Shown here: positions 12,643-24,924 of the stretch, in pieces
Layout: each line of letters starts with the position of its first letter
How positions within the stretch are numbered: the stretch's first letter is position 1
Assembly: GCA_036785375.1 (NCBI GenBank)
Contig: JAWMAR010000001.1
Coordinates: 18,848,001-18,912,000, forward strand
Direction: 5' to 3'
Origin: Leucoraja ocellata
Lineage: Eukaryota
Length of the DNA stretch: 64,000 nucleotides
Notes under the pieces: model-generated
What the model saw: only the letters and a program-made list of their open reading frames with translations
Told to the model about the DNA's origin: nothing
Database searches by the model: none
Made by a program: the position numbers and the translations under genes

Positions 12643-14159
12643 GACCAAGGCAGATCATAGCAAATGGCATTGCAGGTGGCCTCTGCCTGCTCCTATTTCC
12701 TGGCATTCATTGTGCTATACACTACTAATATGACCCCACCGTCCATGGCAATTTAAACTATGTTTATTTTCATCTGTATTCATTTCTAATTAAATATCAT
12801 AAACTTGAAACATAACAGTTCCTGATTCCACAGTGTTTCCTGCATGTTTTTGCTTTTATTCCAAAGAAACAAATGCAACAAATAGATGATGAATCTTTTT
12901 CAGTCTGCAGAGTAGTGGCCCTCCGTGAAATAACCAAGCAAGAGTGCTCAACACAGTCAAGCAAAAAAGAAATGGCACTCAGCCCAGAAACTTGAGCTTT
13001 CTGCTGGTGATTACATTTACTAAGGGGCCCACAGAAACTTATGTTTACATGTCAGCCTTCGGCTGATGCAACAAGAAGCCACCAAGCTTTTAGAATCAAG
13101 AGTGGGAAACAAAACACAAGTGCACAGTGGGTATATTTTAACTAACGATTTATTTAAATTCCAGATCTCCCAGTTTCTGAAGTCTGAGCCTTTCAGCAGG
13201 TTAGTGGATGATCTCATGCAGTTGGAATCATTGTAGGGCAGTTATGAAAGGAAGTAAATGTGAACATGAAAACACTATTACTGCTGCACCAGTATATTCT
13301 TTGTGGCATAACTCCTCCCTTTGGCTGTGAACAATGGCTCTAAAGAATTCAGGAAAGCTTTAAGCAGGCGAACTGCACATTGTAGACTGCATGGGTGGAG
13401 CTGGCATTGTGGCTATTAAAACTGAGCTGTTAGCGCTACACCTCCAGACCCTCCCTTAAAATATTATGGTTAATTATATTGTAATATTTACAAAGATTAA
13501 ATGCCGAGCTCATTGACAATTTATCCAGTTTGTTCTTTTAACTTCTCTTTATAATTGCAACATTTGGGATACAAACCTCAGTAATTAAAAATGGGCACAA
13601 TGATTGTGCTGAATCCTTCAGCACTGTAACCAAACTCAAAGGAAAGGACTGGGCCAATTAAGCTTGGTGACCACCCTGCTGTGATGACTGGGATTGATTT
13701 TATGCACATTAACTTGGAAGCAGTCTTCACTCGCTGCATTTTTCTGGTGAAATTACCCTGCTGTTGTTGAAAGTTACTGTTTCTGATTTCTCTATTTATT
13801 AATGAGCTTCCATTTCTTGAGTAACTTTAAATTGATGTACAATAAATTTCCTGCTGCATGTCATATGACACACCCAACCTCCAATTCATTGGCTGACACA
13901 TGAGGTGGAGCTGTCTAGAATCTGAATTTTTTGATTATTCAGCATTGCCTTACACAAGGTCTAAGGTTGTCGTATGTAAGCAGCCTGAACTAATCGTCCG
14001 ACTAGAATGATCTATGGAATTCAAAGTACAACATCACAAATGACAAAAGTGTACGGTGCTTCGACAAAAGGATGCAACAGTAATGCTCTTCATATTTCAT
14101 GAATTGGTTGATTTCCCCACCATCATCTGTAGGTCATTTAAAATTGGGCAACTGAATTG

Positions 14160-15175
14160 TACAGCGCAGAAACACACCATTCAGCCCAATTAGTCTATGC
14201 AAACTATGATGCCTATCTACAATAATCCTATTTATCAGCATTAGGCCTGTGTCCCTCTACTCCTTTCCTATCCATGCACCTGTACAAATGCCTATTAAAC
14301 ATCAAAATTGTACCCGCCTCTACCACTTCCTCTGGCAGCTTGTGCCATACAACCACCACTCTCTGCCAACACCACTCGATCTCTTTTCTATTTCTCCTCT
14401 CCCATCTTAAAGTAATGCCATCAAATTTTAGTCTCCCCACTCTGGGGTAAAGCCAACTATCTATCCTCTCTATTTTATAAACCTCAATAAGACCGCTCCA
14501 TGGCCCCCTAATTCCCAGCGAGAATAAGCCCAATTTATCTAACCTTTGGATAAATAACTCTCTATTCAATACAATATTTTTATTACATGTCATTTGAGCC
14601 TCAGTGAGGCTCAAACGAAACTCCGTTTCCACAGCCATACAAACAAAGACAATTCCTACAAGGCATTTAAACAATTCAATTTACACAAACATCCATCATA
14701 GTGAACCTCCTCGTCACTGTGATGGAAGGCAAAGTCTTTTCTCTGCTATACAATATCTTTCCTGCACTATAGCAGCCAGAACCGTACAGAATACTCCAAA
14801 TGCCACCTAGCCATTGTTTTGTACAGCTGCAACATGACATCCCAACTTTTGAACTCTATTTCTCTGCCTATGAATGCAACAGTGCCCTCTTCGCTACCCT
14901 ATCTAACCATGTTGACATTTTCGGGGAGCTATGAACTTACATCAAAATCTCTCTGTCCATCAACAGTTCTGAGATCCCTGCCATTTACTCCATGTGTCTT
15001 ATTGGTATTTGACCATAAAATGCATTACCTTACACTTATCTGGATTAAATTCCAACTGCCACTGCTCTGCTCAACTCATCTATATCCCTCCAAATAATTT
15101 TGCAACCTTTTTCATCAATATCTGTCTTATCAGCAAACTTAGTAATCAGTTCTCATGCAAATCATTTATTTTTAT
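14160..15175 (-). mobile_element. CR1 LINE 3' part with a nested retroposon tail (14570-14745)
   Basis: RLDKLGLFSL...LIEVYKI...WHKLPEEVVEAGT. Confidence 0.8.
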
Positions 15176-15216
15176 ATAAATGATTTATGATTTATTTATT
15201 TATGATCCCTGCAGTA

Positions 15217-15518
15217 GGGTGGTACAGTGACACAGCTGGTAGAGCTGCTAACCCACAGACTCGGGATCGATCTTGATCTCGGGTGACGTCTGTGAGGATT
15301 TTGCATGTTCTCCCTGTGACCACGTGGGTTTCCTCCATGTGCTGTGGTTTCCTCCCACATCCCCCCCAAAAAGTGTGATTTTGTAGGTTAATTGACCTCG
15401 GTAAATTGCCCCTAGTGTGTGGGGAGTAGATGAGGAAATGGGATAATATAGAATTAGTGTGACCGGGTGATGGTCAGCATGGAGTCAGTAGGACAAGTTT
15501 CCATGCCTTATCTCTAAT
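15217..15518 (+). mobile_element. V-SINE (HE1-like, tRNA-derived)
   Basis: A/B-box-like head, V-domain gtgggtttcctcc...tttcctcccacat. Confidence 0.8.
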
Positions 15519-15734
15519 CTATGCAAAAGCAAAATATTGTGATCAAGCACTCTGCCAAAATAATTGAAGAAAGCAGCACTAGACCTTTAAAAAAATATAC
15601 CGTTTTGTTCTGTGAGAGAACAGAACCAGTCATCATTTAAAACAAATGTAGTTGTAAATAATTTTGGGCATTAAAATTGACCACTGTCATCATCTGCATA
15701 CAGTAGTATGGTGGTTAAGTTACTGAGGATGAAG

Positions 15735-16885
15735 TTACTGAGGGATGAGATATATATGCATTTAGATGAAAAAGTGCTGATTAGGGATAGTCCATATGGT
15801 TTTGTACATGGGAGATCGTGTCTCACGAATCTGATAAGAGTTTTTTGAAGAAGTGACCAAAAATGTTGATATGGGCAGAGCTGTAGACGTTGTTTATATG
15901 AATATCAGCAAAGCATTTGACAAGGTTCCAGATTTGATGGTATGGGATCCAAGGAAGGTTAGCCAACTAGATTGAAAACTGGCTTCATGGAAGGAAGTAG
16001 AGGGTTGATTTTCAGACTGGTGGCCTGTGACTAGTGGTGTGCCTCATGCTTTAGTGCTGGGCCCATTGCTAATGTCATCTATATCAAAGATTTGCATGAG
16101 ACCATACAAGGCAATGATGAGTAAATTTGCAGATGAGACTAAAGTGGGTAGTATTGTAGATAATGAAGATGGTTGTCAATAAGTGTGGCAGTATCTTGAT
16201 CTGTTGGGCAGGTGGGTTGAGCAATGGTTGATGGAGTTTAATACAGAGACGTGAGAGGCGTTGCATTTTGTGAAGTCTAAACAGGGCAAAACCTACGCGA
16301 TGAATTGCAGGGAACAGGGTAATTTAGTTTTGAGATACAGCGCGGAAAAAGGCCCTTCGGCCCACCGAGTCCGCACCAACCAGTGGTCCACGCACATTAA
16401 CACTATCCTACAAACTAGGGACAATTTTGCCTTACATTTATACCGAGCTAATTGACCTACAGACCTATACACCTTTGGAGTGTGGGAGGAAACCAAAGAT
16501 CTCGGAGCAAACCCACGCGGTTATGGGGAGAACGTACAAACTCCATACAGATAGTACCCATAGTCAGGATCGAACCCTGGTCTCTGGCATTGTAAGGCAG
16601 CAAATCTGTGTCACCGTGTTGTGGAACATTGGGATTTAGGAGTGCAGGTACGTATTCCCTTCAAAATGGTGTCACAGGTAGAGCACATCAGCCTTCATCA
16701 GCACTGATACAAGTTGTGAGGTCATGTTGCAGGTGTGCAAGACATTGCTGAGCCACATTTAGAGTAATGTGTTCAGTTTTGGTCACCATATTATAGGAAA
16801 GATGCTGTTTAGCTGGAAAGAGTGCATAGAAGATTTACGAGGATGTTGCCAGGACTCGAGGGCCTGAGCTACAGGGAGAGGTTGA
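15735..16885 (+). mobile_element. CR1 LINE RT fragment interrupted by a V-SINE
   Basis: SKAFDKV, SGVP and KFADETKV motifs; resumes after 16620. Confidence 0.8.
16322..16620 (-). mobile_element. V-SINE
   Basis: Near full-length copy similar to 21547-21862. Confidence 0.85.
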
Positions 16886-18509
16886 CTTTTCAGTTCAAAG
16901 AACCTTCACCAGTACTGATGTGAAACATCAACTATTTCTCTTTCCACATAGAGCGCCTCACCTGCTGTACATTTCCAACATTCTCTATTACATATTTACA
17001 AGCTCCCAAGCTGCCTGCCTGCCAAAAACTCACATACAAAATGAGAAAAAAAAATCAATTTGGGGTCTGTCGTTCCAAATACAGAGGAAGGAGAACATTC
17101 TCAAAACTAAACTCATTGATCCCCAACAGGAAGGAAACTGGCTGAAACTCAAAACTCTGCAGCTAAACATTTGCCAAGTAATTATTTTATAATATCACCA
17201 TTTGGACATGAACAGAGAGAAAGGTTTGTCAAATATAGCCCAAATTGAGGCCTTTAACAAAACAAGTTTAATTAGCCGAGTCTCTTCATTGCCTAATTTA
17301 ATTCCTTAGACAAGTATTTTAGCTATTTCTCGCACTCGTGAGGTACAAATGAACAATCTACCTCAGACACTGACTTGCAAGAAGCTTTATCCTCTTTACC
17401 CACTAAGCAGTAACAGTTTTATCCTCTTTACCCACTCATTAAGCAGTAACAGATTTTCTCATCTTCATTTACAGTTAGCTGATGCATATTTGAGGGGACG
17501 CCCAGTCGAACAGTTTGCCCAATAAAGAACAAAAAACTTCCAAAACAGATGTACTGGAAAAGCATGACACCTTGTATGGACTGCTTATTCAAACATTAAG
17601 TTGGCAGAACAGAGACAAATGTGGATACACACAAGCTGGAGGTTGCAGTACATTGAGGTTGTGAATATTTATATCAGCCATACAGAAATAACAACCCCTC
17701 ACCCTAAAGTAGCCTTTTCCATTGGAGCATCAAATTGTGTCAGCAAATATTCAGGTACAAATTTATACTATAATCCGTTGCATGTCGGGCAGTGACAGGA
17801 GGGTTAGTAACCAGAGGATAGAGTGTTTAAACTCAATGTATCTTTAGCTTAAACAAGATATTCAGCCAAACTAGACGATATTGCTAATTATGCACTGGCA
17901 ACATATGTGCAGATTAGAGGTGACAAAACTTTAAAATGTGGTCCATTGCTTTGATATACCCAATAGGGTTACAAATACAAATTGTCAGAATTGAATCCGA
18001 TAAATACAAGGGAAAACTTAGTGGCGATGGACAAGGTAATAAGACTAATTGGATAGCTGCTTCAATAGGATGGCGTATGGGAGGAGGTGTAAAAGTCTGT
18101 GAACAAGAATGATTGTATAAAAAAAACACACACAAATAACAAAAGAAAAAAAAATCTAACTGTAACCAAACAGAAAGTTAAATTTATTGACTGTACATAG
18201 ACAGTTCACCAACAACAAATAAAAGACAATAAACAAAAATAAAATATTGCAGATGATGAAAACAGAAAATGCTTTAGTCATTCTAGAAATCAAGACCAAC
18301 TGTGCTGACACAAATTGTATCTATGATCAACAACCAAAGGGTCTGATGAAAGGTTAGCAATCTAAATATTATTGTTTCATGCCAGCTATTTCCAGCATTT
18401 TGCTTTCATATTTTATAGTTTTTGTTGTAAATAACAAATCCATCTTTTGTCATCTTATACAACATAACATTTACTTAATGTTTTCCAAATTTCTTCACTA
18501 ACACAAATA

Positions 18510-18890
18510 CCACAGTGTCAGCTATGGCAGCATTCTCATATCCCTCATACAAGTAATGTGTCTAAATCTCATTCCAACACTTAAGAATACAGATCTCGGG
18601 GACTGCTTGAGAAAAGTACTGAAAGACTGCTGTGCAGTCAGACATGTCGCCTTTCAGATGAAGTGCTAAAGTCCCCTCTATTCTCTCAAGTTTATATCAA
18701 AGATCCATTTTCACTCTTTGATAGAACAGCGAGGAAGTTATTCCAGGTCATAACATGGTCATTGTCAATTTGTTGCTTGAGAAAGCCAGCTGTGTGAAAA
18801 ATGCCTGCCATGTTTCAATAGTGATTACACTTCAGTGATTATAAAACGATGTAACATCCTGAAAGGAAGCAAAAGGCACTCGAGAAAAAA
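18510..18890 (+). mobile_element. Ancient Deu-domain SINE (SacSINE1-like)
   Basis: Decayed match to ctttcagatga...aaagatcc...gaagagcag...cacttca; related copies at 21445-22170(-), 44320-44640(+), 48820-49130(+) and 56630-57010(-). Confidence 0.55.
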
Positions 18891-20458
18891 TATTTGCTTT
18901 CTCTAAACTGGGTCCTTGCCCTGTTAAGGAAAGCGAATTCATTTTATACAATGTGGATTACTACATAACACTAACAATTGGTGTAATTAGTTTAGACAAA
19001 CAGCTGCTCTGAATCACATAATAAGTAGGCAGGCAGTTTGATTCCAACTACACTCATTACCTCTGCACCATAATGGAAAAAACACTGTTAAATTGTACAA
19101 CAAAATTGGTGGAACAAGGAACTGAGGGTGCTTGTTTACAAAAAAGACACAAAGTGCTGGAGTAACCCAGCGGGTCAGCGTTGGAGACATGGATGGGTGA
19201 CTTTTTGGGTTGGGTCCCTTCTTTAGACCGAAAAACGGGCACATTGCAAATATGTCTGCATGTCAATGCTCTACCTCTATCTTAGTTAACATCACTGTGT
19301 CATTCCCAGCTCTATCTAAACAGTCAAAAGTTCTGCTGGAGAAAATAACACATTTTACAAAAAAAACATACAATCAATAAGAGTTGAGAGTTAAACAGCA
19401 ATGGGGTCCAGAAAGTATTTTATTTGAGGAACCCAAGAAAATGGTTAACTAAAATCCAGAATCAAGATTGGATAGAGTGATCCCTTGCCTTAACAGCAAC
19501 TGAAACAGTGCTCTGCCTGTCCAAATCGAGTGAGTGCCCACACTTACTGACAGGACTTAGCATCAGCAAAAACGTTCGACACAACTGCAGATCCCAAGTG
19601 AACATTCATCTGACAGGCTCAGAGATCGGGGTCCAATTATTGCATCCTAGGAAGGTCGTTGAGGCTTGGAGCAAATAGGAATTGTCACTTACCTTTCCGT
19701 TTTCAGCCTGCCGATACATACAGTGCATTGAGATGGCAGCTGCTCAGATCCGAACAAAATAAACCCATTCTTGAGATGCCCCAGGAAATTGAAGATAGAC
19801 ACAAAAAGCTGGAGCAACTCAGCGGGACAGGCAGCATCTCTGGACAGAAGGAACAGGTGACGTTTCCCTTCTTCAGAAAATTGAGAAGGCCTTAGGTTAG
19901 TCAGACAGAAGTCTGGCTCTGTCCCCATACATTCTGAGACAACTGTCCCAACTTTTGTTTTCCTGACATCTCTGCAAATGGGCACTGTCCAGGGATAATT
20001 AAATCAACTAGTGACACACAATTGGAATTGGGAGTCCCTACATTATAGAGTAAAATAAAAAGAACAGTTTTGAGCTTTACAAAAAGAATATTTGTAGGAG
20101 GTAGTCCAACTCCAACACCAACTTCATGAATTGGGGAAAACAAGTAGTACTTTGAACCAGTTTATATCACCCATCATCCACCGCAATTACTCTTCACACA
20201 GGATTAAATGCTCAGCCTGGATATTGACACCCATTTTAAAGTGCAAAATGTAATGTACCCTCTCATAGATGTTGGGAAGAGATAATATGCACAGAAAATG
20301 TCAAGTACAAAATTAAATGGGTATGAACAGCGGAATTCAAACTTCAACTAACATATTGAAGCACAGTGGACCATATGCACTGTAGGCACCATATTTTACA
20401 GTGCTTTCTGCCATCACACTACAATTGGATAGCACAAAAAATAGGAACTGAAATACTT

Positions 20459-20730
20459 GTCATAGAGTGGTATAGTGTGGAAACAGGCACTTCGGCCCAA
20501 CTTGCCCACACCGACCATCATGTCGCAGCTACACTAGTCCCACCTGCCTGCGTTTGGTCTATATCTCTCCAAACTTGTCCTATCCATGTACCTGTCTAAT
20601 TGCTTCTTAAACGTTGGGATAGTCCCAGCCTCAACTACCTCCTCTGGCAGCTTGGTCCATACACCCACCACCCTTTTGTGTGAAAAAGTTAACTCTCAGA
20701 TTTCTATTAAATCTTTTCCCCTTCACCTTA
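20459..20730 (-). mobile_element. CR1 LINE 3' end
   Basis: ESRTRGHVFKVKGKRFNRNLRVNFFTQ plus a typical 3'-UTR. Confidence 0.85.
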
Positions 20731-21444
20731 AACACATGTCCTCTGGTCCTCGATTCCCCATCCCTGGGCATTATAAAATTGTCATTATTATAATTATAAA
20801 AACCAACCAGTCCAGGAAAAGCGAAAGCTTTGGGAAATGCAGAAAGACAGCTCTTTGACAAAGCAAAGCATCAAACACCCAGAACAGAAATTCTGGTAAA
20901 ATCTGGTACACTCAGCATTTTGGTAGTGTCAGACTAGCATATTGTCAGACTATTTTCAGAATAGCAGACTATTGGATATTATTCTTATATGCATACTTTT
21001 TAATTCAGTTTATTAAGATGTTACACAATATTACAATACATTTCCCAGCCAACCTAATAAACCTGAAGGGGACGCAGGGGCCTAGTGAGTTGAATGGGAG
21101 GTCAAGAAATAGGACTCGGCGAGCCAGATACTAAACAAAGGAGATTTCCAAATATTCAGACAGCAGATTCTTGGAATTTCATTGTAAATCATTTCTATGA
21201 AATCAGCATAATAAAGTTGTATTAAAGTTATAAAAATAATACAAACCATTAAAAATAATTTCTGAACAGCATGAAGTTGGTGAAAATTTGAAGAACTGAA
21301 ACACCTTGGAACCAAAGACATCAGAGGGACAAAGGCTTTGTTAAAACACCCTGCACTGACAAACGCAATGCAGAAGATATTATTGTAACTCCAAATTCTC
21401 TTCACTGATTGCAAGATACACAGGCATACTCAGCTATTAGAAAG

Positions 21445-22170
21445 AGAGAAAGAAGGATGTAAGATTCATATACCACTTTGTTCATGACCTAGTGAAGTTC
21501 AAAAGCATTTTCCAGCCAATTAAATACCTTTGAATTGTAATCAATGTTTAGTTTAGTTTAGAGATACAGCGCGGAAACAGGCCCTTCGGCCCACCGAGTC
21601 CATCCCGACCAGCGATCCCCACACATTAACGTTACCCTACACTATGGACAATTTACACTTACTGTGTACCAAGCCAATTAACCTACAAACCTGCACGTCT
21701 TTGGCGTGTGGGAGGAAACTGAAGATCAAAGAGAAAACCCACACAGGTCACGAGGAGAACGTACAAACTCCGTACAGACAGCAGCCGTAATCAGGATTGA
21801 ACCCAGGTCTCAGGTGCTGCAAACACTATAAGACAGCAACTCTACCGCTGCGCCACCCTGCCGCAACCATGCAGTTGTGACAGAGGAATCATGCAGCTAA
21901 TCTGAACATAGCAAGTTCCTACATATAGCATGTAACATTGGCTAGATAATGTAGGGTGACTCTTAGGTAGAATAGCTGAGGTAACTCCCCTTCTGCAAAA
22001 TAATCCCAAAGTAACTTAATGACCACTTGATCATGCTGGACTTTTAATTTAATATCTCATTAATATTGCAAATATATCATCTTATATTTTTATCTCTCAG
22101 GTGGGACTTGCATACACAAACTTTATGAGTCAGAAAGAGCTGCAGACTAAATTGTAGCTGATACATAGGT
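21445..22170 (-). mobile_element. Deu-domain SINE split by a young V-SINE (21547-21862)
   Basis: Tail agaaag...cagccaattaaatacctttgaattgtaatc continues after the V-SINE. Confidence 0.6.
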
Positions 22171-22426
22171 TTAATCACTTCTCCAATATTATTCCAATTG
22201 CATCTTAACAATACACCCATGCTGAGATCTCAGCAAGTTCATAGTCAGAAGCAAACAACTCCAAACATTTGATGAAAACCATTTTCTGTGAGCAGCATCA
22301 AGCCCTAAAATGGAGGGAATAAAACCACATCAAAAAGAAACACCTCACTTCAATGACAGCTCTTTGACAAAGCAAAGCATCATAAACCAACTACATCCAC
22401 AACCTGAAATATTTTTCAATACTCAC

Positions 22427-22497
22427 TGCTTGCTCTCTTCTCTGGGAGATTCTGATGTGTCACGCTGCTCTTCTGATGCAAAATCTTCACGTTCAGT
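22427..22497 (-). CDS. TNRC6B: TNRC6B coding exon TEREDFASEEQRDTSESPREESK(Q)
   Basis: Acceptor tttcctgttgcag|, donor CA|GTGAGT at phase 2; matches remembered human VEQEDF...GEESKQ. Confidence 0.88.
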
Positions 22498-23779
22498 CTG
22501 CAACAGGAAAAGCAAGGACTGAGAAAGGTCACAAGCAGTAAAGCCTCACCAAACTCAATAACATTTTGTATTTTGTATTCTCTGTGAAATCTCCCTCATA
22601 CATAGTACAGCAAACATAGCACAGGAAATATTTGTGATGGAGAAAATGACATATTCTCTAAGAGTGAAAGAAAACGAGTTTAACAAAAAATGGGCAAAAT
22701 GGATTAGGTATAGAAATAAAGACATCAACACTGTAAAATTGTATTGACAATAATGTAAGTTATTGGAAATTTTTTTAATAAGAAAATAGTTCTGTATACT
22801 GCATCATTAATTGTAATCTGAACCCCCCGCTGCACTGTTGTACGTTTCACTGCATTGTTGTACATTTCCTTGTTATATTTGTGTTTTATTTATGTTTGCA
22901 TAAAAGCAATAAAGACTAAAGTGAAAGAATCACCTCCCTTCCAGATCTAAACACTTTATTAATTTTCTTCACAGGACATTCCCTTTACTCAAGGGATTAG
23001 CCTTACTATTCTTTTCTGTACCTTTACCAATAGAAATGAATTTTATGGTTTGGTTTGTTGCTAGATCCATTATCCCCATAGGTGACTTATTCAGTATCTG
23101 TTATTACTTTTTGGAAAGCAGAGGAAATAAAAAATACCTGACCCTATTCAATTAAGTCCCCTGCACTCTGGTGCGTTCTCTGTTCCCAGCAACACTGTCC
23201 TCCTTCCCGTGCCCACCACTTCAAGCTGATGAATTCAATCCCACTCAAGCAGAGTCCATACTGCACACTGCCTTCATTATAGTCTTTCACACATCAAGCA
23301 ACTATGTTTAAAATTGGTAGCTAACATTTGCCAACAAAAAATAGACCAGCTACCTAGTTACCACAATATCATATATGGTTCCCTTTGTGCAACAAGTGGC
23401 TGGTAGATTCGCCTATATAACAATGCCGACTAGCTTTTAATAGTAATTATCTAACTATGCACAGTTCCATAACTTTGTAGGAAAGTACAAAATATGTACA
23501 ACAGAGCTTTTGCTCCTTTATTTGAATCCATATATTACAAGTAATACTGCTACAGTAGAAGCCAAAACGCAAATTTTATGAGTGGGGAGTTAAACATTTC
23601 TCTTTCAAATTTTTAGTTAAGTTTTACAGTTAACATATCTATAACTTTAACTAGTACATTCTTTCATTGCCACTAGCTTTAAGTGAGGAATTACGAGTTC
23701 ATTGGTGGCTAGCATTTCTTTGATTTTCTTATGTTTCAGCAAAAGTGGACCAGAAAAAGCTGCTCAAGGGTAAATTAAT

Positions 23780-24918
23780 CGCATAGTATTGGGATGTATT
23801 CCAGAAAAGATTCAAGGGGTTCATCATAGATGAGCAACCTCACCTCCAAGCTTTGGGACCAAGGATTCAGCACCCACCTCTGCAACTGGATCCTTAACTT
23901 CCTGAACTGTAGGAATAGGTGACAATATCTCCTATTATCCACGATAATTCTCAACACTCACAAGGCTGTGCACTCAGCTCCTTTCGGTACTCTCTACACA
24001 CTCAAAACGGTGTGGTCAAATTCTACACCAACTCCAGCAAAACAATTTTGCAGATGCTACTACAGTAATGGGCCGAATCGCAAACAAGACGTAGTACAGA
24101 GATAGAAAGCTTAGTGTCAGGACAACAATCTCTCCCTCAATGTCAGCAAAACAAAGCAGCTGGTCATGAACTGCAGGAATCAGGGTGGAATAGCCACAGT
24201 CTGCATCAATGGTACCGAGGAGAGGATGGACTGTTTCATGTTCTTGGATGAAAACATAACAAATAATTTGTCTTGGTACAACCGCATTGACACTGCGGTC
24301 AGGAATGCACACCATGCCTCTACTCTCAGAAAGCTGAGAAAATTCAACATGTCCCCAATTACATAAACTTTTACATGCCCGATGCACCACAGAAAGCATC
24401 CTATCTCAGGATGTATCATAACTTGATCAGACAACTACTCTTCCCAAGACTGGAAGAGATCAAAAAGAATGAACACTGCTAGTTCATCATGTAGGCCAAC
24501 CTCCCCTCCACTGACTGCCTACAATTCCCATTGCCTTGGGAAAGCAACCTACCTAATCAAGGTCCACTCCCATCCAGGTCGGCAATTCTCTCTTCTCCCC
24601 TCCTCAAGGCAAGATACAGAAGTTTGAAAGCACATTGCACCAGAGTCAAGAACAGCTTCTTTCAATGATTCATCTCAAGAATAGCTTCTTTCCCATTTCA
24701 TATCAGACTCTCAAATGGTCCCCTTACAAGCCAAGATGAATTCTTGATCTCCGAACCAACCACGCTGCAGTTCATGCACTTTTTCATCTGCACCTTATTT
24801 GCAGATGTAGCACTATATACACATTGCTTTTATTTTCTACTACCATATGATCTGCCTGAATGAAACAAATAAAAATAATTGTATCTTGGTACATGTGACA
24901 ATAATAATAATAATAATA
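23780..24918 (+). mobile_element. Rex-Babar non-LTR retrotransposon 3' fragment
   Basis: LCNWILNFL, QGCALSS, FADATTVMG, LRKLRKFNM motifs; tail gtacatgtgaca(aat)n. Confidence 0.8.
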
Positions 24919-24924
24919 TATTTT

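Noticed and set aside
12080-12706. Cluster of overlapping ORFs on both strands
   Set aside because: GC-rich body of a retroposon; no domain recognised
23138-23290. Possible extra exon with donor CAG|GTATTT
   Set aside because: In-frame TAG just before the donor, weak donor and no convincing acceptor
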